In this document: piece after piece, positions 49,489 through 60,042 of the stretch
Numbering within the stretch: position 1 is the first letter of the stretch
How the letters are laid out: each line of letters starts with the position of its first letter
IMG/VR virus record: IMGVR_UViG_3300044776_000025
Location: 1-63,559 of that record
From: a virus
Lineage: Duplodnaviria; Caudoviricetes
Reading direction: 5' to 3' (one strand)
DNA: 63,559 bases
Made by a program: the position numbers and the translations under genes
Notes under the pieces: generated by a model
What the model was told of the DNA's origin: nothing
Database searches by the model: none
The model's input: the letters and a program-made list of their open reading frames with translations, nothing else

Positions 49489-50702
49489 ACACCGAGCGTA
49501 CCTCCCAGACTATCATAAAGCGTGTGGTGTTTGGAGATGCCCTTGTTTGCCTCTACCGGGCAATACAAAAGCTGGGACTTGAAACCACTGAAGTCTCAAT
49601 GATTATTCCAACGCCATTTGGAGTGATTGAAGCGCCTTTTGTCCACCACACTACAGATGAGGGTGTGATGATCCCATATGGGGCATATCAGATTGATGGA
49701 TTGGGTAAGGTAACTCCATCTGATAGCAAAACCATAGTGCCGGAGCTGACTTTATCTGTCACGTTCGAGCGTGGGGCAAATGAGAAGATTTGGGACAAGT
49801 TATTGGAGCATCTATATGATGAGTTAAAAACTCATGAATCCATGTTCCGTGGTAGGGCATTGAGGATTATGGCCCCAACGGACATGGTGGTGCCACAATA
49901 CATTGATCTCACCAATGAGATCCCATTGTTTCTCAATGAGGAAGTTGAGAAGGATGTCGAGACAAATATCTTCTTCCCAATTACCCATGCGGAGGAACTT
50001 AAGGAAATGGGATTGTCAGGATATAGAGGTATCCTATTACATGGCAATTATGGCACCGGCAAGTCTCTCATTGCTTATGAGACTGCAAGGCGTAGTATTG
50101 CCAAGGGTAGGACATTTATCCTTTGCAGTAGCAACATGCTAAGGGAGGCCATTGCTATAAGTAGGTTTATGGAACCCTCATCACTGTTTGTGGAGGACAT
50201 GGATTCTGTTAGCATGGGTTACTCGAATCTATCGGCATTGAGGAATACCCTTAGTGGCATTGAGTCTAAGAAAGGGTTTGATGTGGTCCTTATTCTTACC
50301 ACAAACCTGTTGAGTGAGGTTGAGAAGATGGATAGATCGCTACTACGACCGGACAGGATTGATGCCATCGTTGAGATTCCACCTCCCAATGTTAACACTG
50401 TAGCGAGGATCATTCAGTTCCATGGTAAGGGTTGGTTGGATAACAATGCCAGTTGGGACTCGATCTATGCTTCCACCGCACAATCGAGATGCACACCAGC
50501 AATCATAGTTGACGTATTGAAACGGTCCAAGATTGTCTCCCTTGGGAACAATAGGGTGATAACTCCTGAAATTATGTCTAAGCAGTTGGCTAAGATGACT
50601 CGACAGATTGAGTTGTCTGAGCCTAAGAAGCCATTGCCAATCAGCACAGCTACACAACTTGCAGAGTCCATAAAGCAGATTGCATACTATGGGAATGACT
50701 AA
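49437..50702 (+). CDS. AAA+ ATPase (FtsH/Cdc48-type core)
   Basis: GILLHGNYGTGKS, LFVEDMD, TTN and LLRPDRID motifs. Confidence 0.88.
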   Translation: MANKSESGFKAEQKKKLNTERTSQTIIKRVVFGDALVCLYRAIQKLGLETTEVSMIIPTPFGVIEAPFVHHTTDEGVMIPYGAYQIDGLGKVTPSDSKTIVPELTLSVTFERGANEKIWDKLLEHLYDELKTHESMFRGRALRIMAPTDMVVPQYIDLTNEIPLFLNEEVEKDVETNIFFPITHAEELKEMGLSGYRGILLHGNYGTGKSLIAYETARRSIAKGRTFILCSSNMLREAIAISRFMEPSSLFVEDMDSVSMGYSNLSALRNTLSGIESKKGFDVVLILTTNLLSEVEKMDRSLLRPDRIDAIVEIPPPNVNTVARIIQFHGKGWLDNNASWDSIYASTAQSRCTPAIIVDVLKRSKIVSLGNNRVITPEIMSKQLAKMTRQIELSEPKKPLPISTATQLAESIKQIAYYGND

Positions 50703-50711
50703 GGAGGACAT

Positions 50712-50903
50712 ATGAAAGCGTTGACTTTGAAGCGGGATGTGACACAAAAGGAATGTCCTTGGCTGGATGCTGATCTGCCAAAGGGGACTCAAGTATGGAT
50801 CTATGATGGTCCTACTTATGGGGTTGTGACTTCCAATGGAATTGCCGTGACTGCGAAGGTAGATGAAACACCATTCTTTGAGATTCCTCAGAACGCGGTT
50901 TAA
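50712..50903 (+). CDS. small hypothetical protein
   Basis: AGGAGG RBS; 63 aa. Confidence 0.65.
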   Translation: MKALTLKRDVTQKECPWLDADLPKGTQVWIYDGPTYGVVTSNGIAVTAKVDETPFFEIPQNAV

Positions 50904-51067
50904 AAAGGAGAGTTTGAAATGTCTTGGTCTACTGCCTTTGCTATCGGTGCCTTGCTTGGACTTCCATTATCATACTATATCAATGGGTACGTCACTGGGT
51001 TCTCGTATGTGTGGGCTATAGGTTGGACATTTGTGGCCACATCCTTACTTTATAGGAGGTATCGTCA

Positions 51068-51466
51068 ATGATCAAGGTGGAACTTCCAACGAGAACATTG
51101 GGAATTTGCTTCATATACAAGGATATGATGGTCCCCATCATTGAAGGATTCAAACTCAGTGGACCCACGCATCGTGAGGAACGTGCAACGAAATGTGAGA
51201 TTGTTGAGGTTGATCCCAAGATCGCTAGGAAGTATACAGTCTTGAGTGATGGGCTTGCTCGCTGTTGCTATAAGGACAACTTCAAGAAGGATATTGGCAG
51301 GAAGATTGCCCTCTCCCGAGCTATTAAGAAGCTAGACTTCTCAAAGTTTGAGAGGACAATGATCTGGGAATCCTATCTCAATAGAGCAGTGGAAGGCACA
51401 GTTCTTGAGATAGAGAAGATCATGCGGGAGGAAGTTGAGTATATCCCTGAGACATTACAGGAGTGA
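51068..51466 (+). CDS. conserved phage protein
   Basis: AGGAGG RBS; CCYKDNFKKDIGRKIALSRA motif. Confidence 0.7.
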   Translation: MIKVELPTRTLGICFIYKDMMVPIIEGFKLSGPTHREERATKCEIVEVDPKIARKYTVLSDGLARCCYKDNFKKDIGRKIALSRAIKKLDFSKFERTMIWESYLNRAVEGTVLEIEKIMREEVEYIPETLQE

Positions 51467-51999
51467 TTATGGCAGGTAAACAAAAGGGAACAGTTCACAA
51501 AGTAGTAGAAAAACGGCCCTCTAGACAATGGATTGAACTATTTCTAGCCGTGGCTGACTTGGTTGACGGTGGATGGGCAGAAGACTTTGACCAGAATGTT
51601 GTTGATGCCTATCGTGTTATATTCAACAGTCCTGAAGGTAGAAAGATCTACGCTGAGGCTTGTGATGAAGTTTCAGCATAATTCCTGAAATCATTGTTGG
51701 AATGAATTACATCATTATACCTAACAGTGAAGGCGGGGATTACTTCTGTCTACTCACGATCAACTATTTGAGTATGATTGGGCTGAGGATTGATCCGGCT
51801 AACAATAAGAATTAGGAGGAATCATGTTTCTACGCGCTGCTGCATCAACAATAACTGTTGGAATTATCATAGGATTAGTCAGGGGAGCAATATTCCTGTT
51901 GAATCAACCCTCTGACCTTGCTTTCATTGGTGGGCTTGCCCTACTGCCATTGATTGCTGGTAGTCTAATGTGGGCATTACAACGGATTTGGAGGATCGA

Positions 52000-52854
52000 A
52001 TGAAACGGACGTTCTATGCAGGAATTATCATCGCAGCACTTTTGACAGTCGGTTGCACTCGCGTTGGACCTGGCTATGTTGGTGTCAAAATCAATATGGC
52101 GGGTGACTCAAAGGGCGTTGACAGCGTGCCTGCAGTCACTGGATGGGCCTTTTACAACCCATTCTTGACATCAATCTACGAATATCCAACCTTTGTGCAA
52201 CAGGTCGTTTGGACGGAAAGTGCTGCTGAGGGTCGTCCCGCTAATGAGGAAATCACCTTCACTACTGCTGACCAGATGAAAGTTGCAGTTGACGTGAGTC
52301 TTGCATATCACATTAAGCCTGAAATGGTGCCAGCATTCTACGTGAAGTTTAGGAACGATGACCTGACAGCATTCACGTATGGATATTTGCATTCTCTTGC
52401 GAGGGACCATTTCAACAACACAGCAGGGAAGTATCATATCGAGCAGATTATGGGCGATAATGGTCCTTTCATTGCGGATGTAAAGGCTTCCCTGCAAAAG
52501 GATCTAACACCTCTTGGTGTTGAACTGGAGTCACAGTTTGGCATCATTGGAGCGCCTAGGCCGCCTGATGCTGTGATTGCTTCAATCAACGCAAAGGTAC
52601 AGGCTACACAGATTGCTCAGCAGAAACAAAATGAGTTAATTCAGGTGGATGCTGACATGGCAAAGGAGCGTAGTAAGACAGATACGTATGCTAGGAATAC
52701 GTTGACTCTTGCTGAGGCTCAGGCTACGGCGAATAGGAAGCTTGCTGATTCCATTACTCCCAATTTGCTTGATCTAAAGCGATTGGAGAAGTGGAATGGA
52801 GTTCTACCACAGGTTAGCGGTGGTTCGACACCATTCATTAACCTGACAAAGTAA
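52000..52854 (+). CDS. SPFH/band-7 (prohibitin-like) membrane protein
   Basis: GCTRVGPGYVGV, N-terminal transmembrane or lipobox, coiled coil, EKWNGVLP. Confidence 0.88.
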   Translation: MKRTFYAGIIIAALLTVGCTRVGPGYVGVKINMAGDSKGVDSVPAVTGWAFYNPFLTSIYEYPTFVQQVVWTESAAEGRPANEEITFTTADQMKVAVDVSLAYHIKPEMVPAFYVKFRNDDLTAFTYGYLHSLARDHFNNTAGKYHIEQIMGDNGPFIADVKASLQKDLTPLGVELESQFGIIGAPRPPDAVIASINAKVQATQIAQQKQNELIQVDADMAKERSKTDTYARNTLTLAEAQATANRKLADSITPNLLDLKRLEKWNGVLPQVSGGSTPFINLTK

Positions 52855-52861
52855 TCCAGTT

Positions 52862-52938
52862 TGGGGGTTAGCTCATACATCGTTTAGAGCAACCGATTTA
52901 TAATCGGAAGGTGGCGGCCTGGCGACCCGCACCCCCAA
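52862..52938 (+). tRNA. tRNA-Ile (anticodon TAT), irregular T-arm, no encoded CCA
   Basis: TGGGGGT/ACCCCCA acceptor, GCTC/GAGC D-stem, CCGA-TTTATAA-TCGG anticodon arm. Confidence 0.7.
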
Positions 52939-53036
52939 TTCAAATTCGGAGTCATCGTGACAATTCAAGCGTTTGTTTACTGCATCAGTGTATGCATACT
53001 GTTGTTGTTTGTGGTTTTTGTCTGTGATGGTGATAA

Positions 53037-53648
53037 GTGACACAACTACTTCATAGTGCATATCGTTCTTTGACACCTGTTACATTCCCAACATATCAGG
53101 GACGACAGAAACGGTATCATATATTTGATCTCTCCCATCCAGTAATGCCACAAGGATTTGAGGACTATCAAGAGTTAGTAACTTCGGTGTGTAACGAAGC
53201 GGGTGCAATCAATGGCGAAGCGTATCTAACTGTGGATGAAAAAATTGTCGAAGCCGGAATGAGCCAGCGTCGTCCACGGCCACATGTTGATGGATGTTTT
53301 CGACAAGACGGTGCTAGTATGTCTTGGGGAGGTGGCGGCGGAAGTTGGCTCCATTACTGCAACGATGTTGGGGCGTCACCAATTGGGCGTATGGCAGTTA
53401 TTGTTGCTGCATCTATTGCTGGTTGTCGTGCATGGAAGGGAAAGTTTGTAGGTCGCCCTGCGAAGGATGGTGATTTGTCACACATTGCTGATCAACTTGG
53501 TGACGGTGAGACGCTGCAAGCCAACATGGGTTATCTCTTATCACCTGATTGTGTCCATGAATCACTGACATTTGATCAGAGAACTATTCGGAGTTTCATT
53601 CGTATTGCTCTGCCGGTATCGTTCGCAGAAGCAAGTGAGTGGGACTAA
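53037..53648 (+). CDS. 2OG-Fe(II) oxygenase-like protein
   Basis: RRPRPHVDG (HxD), CVHES and RSFIRI. Confidence 0.65.
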   Translation: MTQLLHSAYRSLTPVTFPTYQGRQKRYHIFDLSHPVMPQGFEDYQELVTSVCNEAGAINGEAYLTVDEKIVEAGMSQRRPRPHVDGCFRQDGASMSWGGGGGSWLHYCNDVGASPIGRMAVIVAASIAGCRAWKGKFVGRPAKDGDLSHIADQLGDGETLQANMGYLLSPDCVHESLTFDQRTIRSFIRIALPVSFAEASEWD

Positions 53649-54064
53649 TGATTAAATGGTGCAAACGTCAACCTGGAACAAGGATTCCTATTGGGATCTA
53701 TAGGATGATGATAGGAGCCATTGACATTTTGGGTGGATTGACCTGTTTGTTGACCCTTGGACACTACTTGCCTTGCTGGTCCATTCAGTTCTGTCTGTGG
53801 AATTTTGGTAGTAACAGTGAGGATGATCTGTCAGACGACGATGAAGATATTTACTTCGACGATTAACTGGCGCAATATTTTGTGGTGGGCTGTGGGATTT
53901 TGGATCTGGTATACATTACCATATTGGACGCAGAGATGGAAAGAAACGCCTTGCAATGCTAGGATTATCTCCTCATGCGAACCGTAGCAAATATTCGGCT
54001 GCCAATTTGAGTAATTCAGGGTTATCCTTGAAATAACCAATACCTAAATTAAGGGGATTGTCAA

Positions 54065-54181
54065 ATGTTAAATATTCCATTGTCATTATTGATTGCTCAT
54101 TTCATTGGGGACTTCCTGATGCAGACTGAATGGTTGTCCGATGAACTTCGCGAGACTAGCGGATATCCGGGCGAAGATTGA
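54065..54181 (+). pseudogene. truncated duplicate of the DUF3307 gene N-terminus
   Basis: MLNIPLSLLIAHFIGDFLMQTEW matches MISIPLSLLLTHFIGDFILQSDW, then diverges and stops. Confidence 0.7.
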
Positions 54182-54190
54182 GGCACAGTT

Positions 54191-54613
54191 ATGAGTATGT
54201 CTTCAATGCCGAGTAGGCCGTCACACTGTTGGTGGAGCTTGAAGGAAGACCTGAAGAAAGCCTGGAGACGTAAAACTGTACACTTGAGATGTGACGAAGG
54301 CTGTAATTGTGGTGGGGAATACCACGCATTACGGGGATTCAGAAGTCTTCCGCGCAGTGTCTTCTATTACTATTTTAACTTGCTACAGAAACTGGATGAT
54401 GCTTTACGTAGAGAGCACGATCGAGTCTTACGGCAGCTCTCGCTGGACCAACAGCGTGGACAGCAGCAATACGAATCATTTCTCTGGGATAGACGATTCG
54501 CTTCTGCCGGGATTTGCTCTGACTGCGGTAAGAGTAAATTGCAGTACCCGTTCCACGGTATTCGGGAATGTATCGGTTGCGGAGTCATAACTTGGAAGGA
54601 GATGGGTAGATGA
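54191..54613 (+). CDS. hypothetical zinc-finger protein
   Basis: CSDC...CIGC. Confidence 0.5.
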   Translation: MSMSSMPSRPSHCWWSLKEDLKKAWRRKTVHLRCDEGCNCGGEYHALRGFRSLPRSVFYYYFNLLQKLDDALRREHDRVLRQLSLDQQRGQQQYESFLWDRRFASAGICSDCGKSKLQYPFHGIRECIGCGVITWKEMGR

Positions 54614-54990
54614 TAAGTATACCGCTTAGTCTACTTCTAACTCATTTCATCGGAGACTTCATCCTACAGTCTGACTGGATGGCCATAAATAAGTCGAAGC
54701 GTTGGGACGCTTTGTTTGGTCATGTCAGTATTTATAGCTTGTTTTTTATCCCTTGGGGCTACAAGTTTGTGCTGGTAACCTTCATTCTCCACTTTATTAC
54801 CGATGCAATAACTAGTAGGATCACGAGTAAGTTGTGGTTCTTCAAGCCTATGCAGATGCATGTCTCCTACAACGGTCCTCCCATTTGTTCCTACGAGGGT
54901 GGTAGCCGTCATTGGTTTTTTGTCATGATCGGCTTCGATCAACTTATTCACTATGTTACATTAGCCCTTACATTGAGGTTGTTGTCATGA
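54610..54990 (+). CDS. DUF3307 membrane protein
   Basis: HFIGDFILQ, HFITD and GFDQLIH motifs. Confidence 0.85.
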   Translation: MISIPLSLLLTHFIGDFILQSDWMAINKSKRWDALFGHVSIYSLFFIPWGYKFVLVTFILHFITDAITSRITSKLWFFKPMQMHVSYNGPPICSYEGGSRHWFFVMIGFDQLIHYVTLALTLRLLS

Positions 54991-55119
54991 AGATTGTTGT
55001 GAATCGCTTAGAACAGTATAAGGCATTGGTATTCAGAAATCATAAACCAGGGGATTGGTTTATTGACAAATCTGGTAGCAAACTTATCCTAGTATTAAAG
55101 AGTGGCAACGTGATACAGT

Positions 55120-55173
55120 TTCGTACATTCGCAACTATCGATCCGCTTCGTACATTCGCAACTATCGATCCGC
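55120..55173 (+). repeat. perfect 27-bp tandem duplication, in frame
   Basis: TTCGTACATTCGCAACTATCGATCCGC x2, giving RTFATIDPL x2. Confidence 0.9.
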
Positions 55174-55245
55174 TGTTGATGACCATTGCCACCGTCGAAG
55201 GATCATTTGCCCCTTGTGAAGTCAAATTGGAGGTAACATAATTGT

Positions 55246-56394
55246 ATGGCTGAGATAATCTATAGAGCGCCAATCACTTTTGGTTGTGACCCTGAATTCT
55301 TCTTTGCTCAGGGTGGGAAAGTCATTGGGTCGGAGAAGGTATTGCCTAAGAGTGGGAATCTTGGGGTTGCTGCTGGAAGTTACCCTAATCCCAGGGCCTT
55401 TGTGCTAGATGGCGTGCAGGCTGAGCTGAATCCCCACGCAACCAGTTGTCGTGCAGAGCTTGGTGGGCAGATTGCATTGGCATTCAAAACGTTGAAGGAT
55501 CACCTTGGGAATATGGGTAATGTGAAGGCATGCTTCGACGCGGTTATCGAACTTGATAAGGATGAACTTAAGGGCCTTAGTGAGAAATCGCGACAGTTTG
55601 GGTGCGCCCCGAGCGAAAATTTTTATGATAAGGATTGCAAGGTTAAAGCGAATGCTGCAACTTATCGCAAGCGGAGTGCTGGAGGGCATATCCATCTCGG
55701 TCTTGGAGCGCTTTTGAAAGCCCATCGTGAGCGGTTGATTCCCATTATGGACACACTTATTGGCAATACTTGTGTTATGATTGATCGCTGCCCTGATGCT
55801 GCCGAGCGTAGGAAGAACTATGGCAGAGCTGGGGAGTATAGATTGCCACAGCATGGTATCGAATATCGAACTTTGAGCAACTTCTGGCTGCGATCCTACC
55901 CGTTGATGGCGTTTGTGATGGGGCTAGCAAGGTTGAGTGTAGGGATATTGAATACGACGTTGCAAGAGCCTGTGCCAGAGAGGGCGGAGAGAGGTATTGT
56001 ATATCAGACAGCTATCACACCTTGGAATGCTGAATCTGATCTAATCAGACGGGTGAATCTAAATAACATTCGTAAAGCTATCAATACGAATGATTATGAT
56101 CTCGCCAGGCAGAATTGGTTGGCTGTGAAGTCATTCATTTCTGACTATGTTCCATCCACAACTGCATGGAGGCAGGAAGTTGCGCTGGATAGTGGTAACT
56201 TGCTAACATTCGAATATTTCCTTGATCAGGTCAAATTGAAGGGAATTGAACGGTGGTTCCCTGAAGATCCTATTGATCATTGGTGTGGTTTGGTTGATGC
56301 TGGAACGAATAATAGGGGCTGGGAAACTTTTCTACGATTTGTTGTTGAACCACAGAGATTAATGGATTATACTGTGCTGGAGGTGAAGAAATGA
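55246..56394 (+). CDS. phiEco32-like COOH-NH2 ligase type 2
   Basis: FGCDPEFF, DGVQAELNP, FGCAP, RSAGGHIHLG, RRKNYGRAG and IEYRTLSNFW. Confidence 0.9.
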   Translation: MAEIIYRAPITFGCDPEFFFAQGGKVIGSEKVLPKSGNLGVAAGSYPNPRAFVLDGVQAELNPHATSCRAELGGQIALAFKTLKDHLGNMGNVKACFDAVIELDKDELKGLSEKSRQFGCAPSENFYDKDCKVKANAATYRKRSAGGHIHLGLGALLKAHRERLIPIMDTLIGNTCVMIDRCPDAAERRKNYGRAGEYRLPQHGIEYRTLSNFWLRSYPLMAFVMGLARLSVGILNTTLQEPVPERAERGIVYQTAITPWNAESDLIRRVNLNNIRKAINTNDYDLARQNWLAVKSFISDYVPSTTAWRQEVALDSGNLLTFEYFLDQVKLKGIERWFPEDPIDHWCGLVDAGTNNRGWETFLRFVVEPQRLMDYTVLEVKK

Positions 56395-56960
56395 CCGATC
56401 TCAACGGGCCGCAGATTGCAAGTGTTGTGAAAAGCGGGGAGACTCACATTTGGGTTATGCTGAGTAGATCTGGTAGGAAGCAGGGAGATCCTGCTGATTG
56501 GAAGGGTGGCACTAGAGTGACCGTACGAGCCACTACTAGGGTTGAGGAATTCATGCAAAACCTTGGTGCAGGGGAAGTTGTGGATGTTGCAACCATTGGG
56601 AGGTATTGGCAACCTATAGGTGGAATACCATTGAATGCTTATGTTACTCAGCCCTTCAATCCACATTTTCAGATTGATGATGGATCGTTCATTACACTTG
56701 ATCGCCTTGGACATCCGTTGATTCTACCTTCCCCTGATGGACAACAGGATAGACATTCAACTGTGAATCTGAGTTTTCTAAGATTACGAGGAATAAGTGA
56801 AGGTCTTGGAGTGACATTCGGTATTAAGGGTGTATACTCTCTTGATGAATTGCGGAAAGTGAAGGATCGCATTAGTGCGGCCTCTAGGAGATTCTATGTT
56901 GATTATCTCAGACCTGTTGACTTATTGGTCACAGTTAGTACACAGGAAGTTCAACTGTAG
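56391..56960 (+). CDS. hypothetical protein
   Basis: GGAGG RBS; ATGA overlap with the ligase gene. Confidence 0.7.
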   Translation: MTDLNGPQIASVVKSGETHIWVMLSRSGRKQGDPADWKGGTRVTVRATTRVEEFMQNLGAGEVVDVATIGRYWQPIGGIPLNAYVTQPFNPHFQIDDGSFITLDRLGHPLILPSPDGQQDRHSTVNLSFLRLRGISEGLGVTFGIKGVYSLDELRKVKDRISAASRRFYVDYLRPVDLLVTVSTQEVQL

Positions 56961-56970
56961 GGGATGTAAA

Positions 56971-57402
56971 ATGGAAAATAAGGAGATACTGGATAAAATT
57001 AGCATTTCTGGTTATATCACAAGGATTGCATGTTGTGGTATTGCAGAGTTACACAGTATCAAGGGATTGGTGGAGGCATTTGGTCCTGATGGAGTTGCTT
57101 TCAAGGTAGGAAGCTTGTTTGCCACAGGATCATTCAATGGAACCTTCCTAGTATTCTCTGAAGTCAAAGGCAATGGTGGTTATGGTGAGAAATTGCGAGA
57201 TTTTGTGCTTTCCGCTAATCTTGGTGGTGTGACACAGACGACAACTTTGAAGAATCCAAATTCTGGCAATTATCTCACTGCCTACATTTGGGAAGTGGAT
57301 CGCTCAAACTTAAAGATTTGGTATGATAAGCAAGAAGAAATCTTTGCTAAAGCCTGTCCTAAAGTTGAACCGACAGTATCATTTGAGGATAGATATCGCT
57401 AA
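56971..57402 (+). CDS. CCG-motif hypothetical protein
   Basis: ACCGIAEL...YGEKL...NPNSGN...W; paralog of the gene at 63138. Confidence 0.65.
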   Translation: MENKEILDKISISGYITRIACCGIAELHSIKGLVEAFGPDGVAFKVGSLFATGSFNGTFLVFSEVKGNGGYGEKLRDFVLSANLGGVTQTTTLKNPNSGNYLTAYIWEVDRSNLKIWYDKQEEIFAKACPKVEPTVSFEDRYR

Positions 57403-57546
57403 TGGATTTGATTTGGCTACTGCTTGATGCGATTATTGAGTTGATGTGGTGGGTAAGCCTGATCACCATTGGTATCGTTGTTGCAGTAGCAGTTATTGTA
57501 CTTGGATTGGTAGGGTTGTATTCAATTGAGCTTGGGAGGGGCGACG

Positions 57547-58419
57547 ATGAAAGCGACTAGTCCGTTAGATATTACCAATGTCATTGGTAGAGCGAAAAAT
57601 CGTATCTACCGGGTTGGAATTGAACTTGAGGGTGGATGGTCAAAGCTGCCAGAGGGAACCACCCTTGTCCATGATGGTAGCGTGCAAATTGCATCTCCTA
57701 GGGATCAATTGCTGGGTGATGAATTGATCCAGTTGCAGAGGTCTATAGATAGAGCTGATACTAGTGCTGAGCTTCAGCGATTGCGAGCACGATACAGAAT
57801 TATTGAGCAAAAGTATCGTGCAGGGCAGTTACAAACGGGGGAATTGCCAAGTGAACCAATGGAATTGGAGAAACTGCCAATTTGGTTGAAAAAGTACTAC
57901 CCCCAGCAAGTAAATGCAACCTGTGGATTACATATCCATATGAGCTTTAAGTCTGCATTCCACTATCAGAGACTTATGATTCCACAGTATCCACTTACTA
58001 TTGTGGAATATCTATTTCGATGGGCACATAAGGAAGAGTTATCTCAAGATCATCCAATTTGGCCCAGACTTAAAGGGGATAGTGAATTCTGTCAACCAGT
58101 GTTTGATCCAGATCGACAAGCACGTAGAATTAAGAAGGAATACAATCGACATGAACCTGGAAATCGGTATTCTATGATTAACTTCTGTTTTGGGACGCAT
58201 GGAACATTGGAATGTAGGTTGCTTCCTATGATGGATAATGCAGATCAGGGTTTGCGGGCAGTACAGACAGTCATTGACGTCACTAATGCTTGCTTGGTGG
58301 ATAAACGTAGGGAGACTAGACTTGTTAGTGAAGTTGTCATTGATCCTAATGATGATATCATTAGGGAGGAAAAAGCTGAGTTGTTAGAACCATATAGGAT
58401 AACTACGAGGATGGGATAA
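57547..58419 (+). CDS. putative amidoligase
   Basis: VGIELEG, HDGSV, TCGLHIH, RYSMIN and TLECR motifs. Confidence 0.85.
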   Translation: MKATSPLDITNVIGRAKNRIYRVGIELEGGWSKLPEGTTLVHDGSVQIASPRDQLLGDELIQLQRSIDRADTSAELQRLRARYRIIEQKYRAGQLQTGELPSEPMELEKLPIWLKKYYPQQVNATCGLHIHMSFKSAFHYQRLMIPQYPLTIVEYLFRWAHKEELSQDHPIWPRLKGDSEFCQPVFDPDRQARRIKKEYNRHEPGNRYSMINFCFGTHGTLECRLLPMMDNADQGLRAVQTVIDVTNACLVDKRRETRLVSEVVIDPNDDIIREEKAELLEPYRITTRMG

Positions 58420-58530
58420 TGATACTTTTCAAACACAGTTATTGGACATGGCGACCACAGTACTATAAAGCCATTAACTATAGATCCGTGCGGTGGTTGA
58501 ATCTATTTTTTAGCACAGGAGGGTAATCGA

Positions 58531-59493
58531 GTGTGTGTAATCATGATAGCGGATACGAAAGCTCCAACTGATGAGATGTTGGAGAAGGGTTTTGAGGCAA
58601 ACGATGCTGGAGCTGGTGTTGCATGGCGTGAAAATGGCTATGTATACTGGGAGAAGGGAATACAGAATATTGAGGCAGTTCAAGTGTTGTGCAAGGATCT
58701 GCCATTACCGTTCATTGTTCACTTCAGGATTCCGACAGAAGGCGGGCGAAGGCCTTCGTTGTGTCATCCATTTCCCATTGAAAAGACTACTGACCTTGCC
58801 TTGAAGGGTAGAACAAAGGGTTATGTGTTGTTCCATAATGGGCATTGGAGTGAGTGGCGCAAGTGGGTCCTTGAAACTTCGATTGGCTCTAAGAATCCGG
58901 TCCCTAGCGGGAAGTGGTCAGACACACGGGGAATGGCATTTGTTGCGAGCATCTATGGACTTGGTGTCCTTGATATGATCAATGAAAAGGCTGCCGCGTT
59001 TGGGCCTAATGAAATTGAGATTGTGCCTGGAAGTGGTTGGAGTCTAGAGGATGGCGTTTGGTGTTCCAATATGCTTTGGAAGCGGACATATAATGGACCT
59101 ACATATACTAGTAGAATGTGTAAGGCATCCAAATGCACTCGTTATGATACTGATGACTCAGGATTGTGCCGAGAGCATCAGAAAACGCCAGTTGTTCTTG
59201 AGGGTAATGTCACTGTTAATGCCCATTGCAAGTATAACTACTCAAATGGTACGTGTTTGCGGATTGTAAATCTTGATTCAGATGGATTTTGCCCAGCTCA
59301 TACCAAAAAAGTTACGGGATCTGTTGGAGGTGATCCCACTGAAATCCCTTTCGAGCAGGCGATAACTTTGTTTCAAGAGAAGAAAATCTCCAAAAAGCAG
59401 TTCAAGAAGGCGAGGCGCGTCTACGAAAAATTATTGCGGGATGGGAAGGTGAAGCCCTGGCACCAGGAGGCGTCAAAGGAAGTGACTCACTAG
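58531..59493 (+). CDS. class II glutamine amidotransferase with C-terminal Cys-rich repeats
   Basis: N-terminal MC, NDAGAG, HFRIPT, CHPF, FHNG and SDT motifs. Confidence 0.88.
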   Translation: MCVIMIADTKAPTDEMLEKGFEANDAGAGVAWRENGYVYWEKGIQNIEAVQVLCKDLPLPFIVHFRIPTEGGRRPSLCHPFPIEKTTDLALKGRTKGYVLFHNGHWSEWRKWVLETSIGSKNPVPSGKWSDTRGMAFVASIYGLGVLDMINEKAAAFGPNEIEIVPGSGWSLEDGVWCSNMLWKRTYNGPTYTSRMCKASKCTRYDTDDSGLCREHQKTPVVLEGNVTVNAHCKYNYSNGTCLRIVNLDSDGFCPAHTKKVTGSVGGDPTEIPFEQAITLFQEKKISKKQFKKARRVYEKLLRDGKVKPWHQEASKEVTH

Positions 59494-59706
59494 ATGAGCC
59501 TGTAGCACTAGTTGAAATTGCTGATGCCGAGCAGGATCAATTTGAATGGGCGGCGGGTATTAACGAATACCCTTTCAAGGGCCGCAGACATAGGTCGCCG
59601 ATTGGGTTCTACTATGATTCTGAAGCTGAGGAGCCAGATGAAATGCGTCGTCGTAGAATTGAAAACGCAAAGAATGGCATTGAGCATGTAGGACCAATTT
59701 AGGTAT

Positions 59707-59781
59707 GGTGGGCATAGTTTAATGGTAGAACGATTGCCTGTGGAGCAGCAGGCATTGGATCGATATCCATTGTTCACCCCA
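59707..59781 (+). tRNA. tRNA-His (GTG)
   Basis: G-1, GTGGGCA/TGTTCAC acceptor, C discriminator plus CCA, CTGTGGA anticodon loop; irregular T-arm. Confidence 0.8.
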
Positions 59782-59793
59782 AAATGAGTTAAT

Positions 59794-60042
59794 ATGACCT
59801 TGAAAAAATTTGTTAGACGGTATTATAGGGCTAACAGTATTAGAAATCCTTTAGCATCAGAAGTTGATACTTTACTGTCTGCACAGTTAAGTCAATTTAA
59901 AACCTTCTACCTAGAAGGATATATGAGGTATGGTGCAAGTGAATTTCCTACTGGGCAATTGTATGAAGAATGGGTAATGTGTTATCGTATCTATAAAAGC
60001 GTAGTGGAGATAGTAGAGGAGATGGAGGGAAGGAATGCTTAG
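59794..60042 (+). CDS. hypothetical protein
   Basis: 82-aa ORF. Confidence 0.5.
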   Translation: MTLKKFVRRYYRANSIRNPLASEVDTLLSAQLSQFKTFYLEGYMRYGASEFPTGQLYEEWVMCYRIYKSVVEIVEEMEGRNA

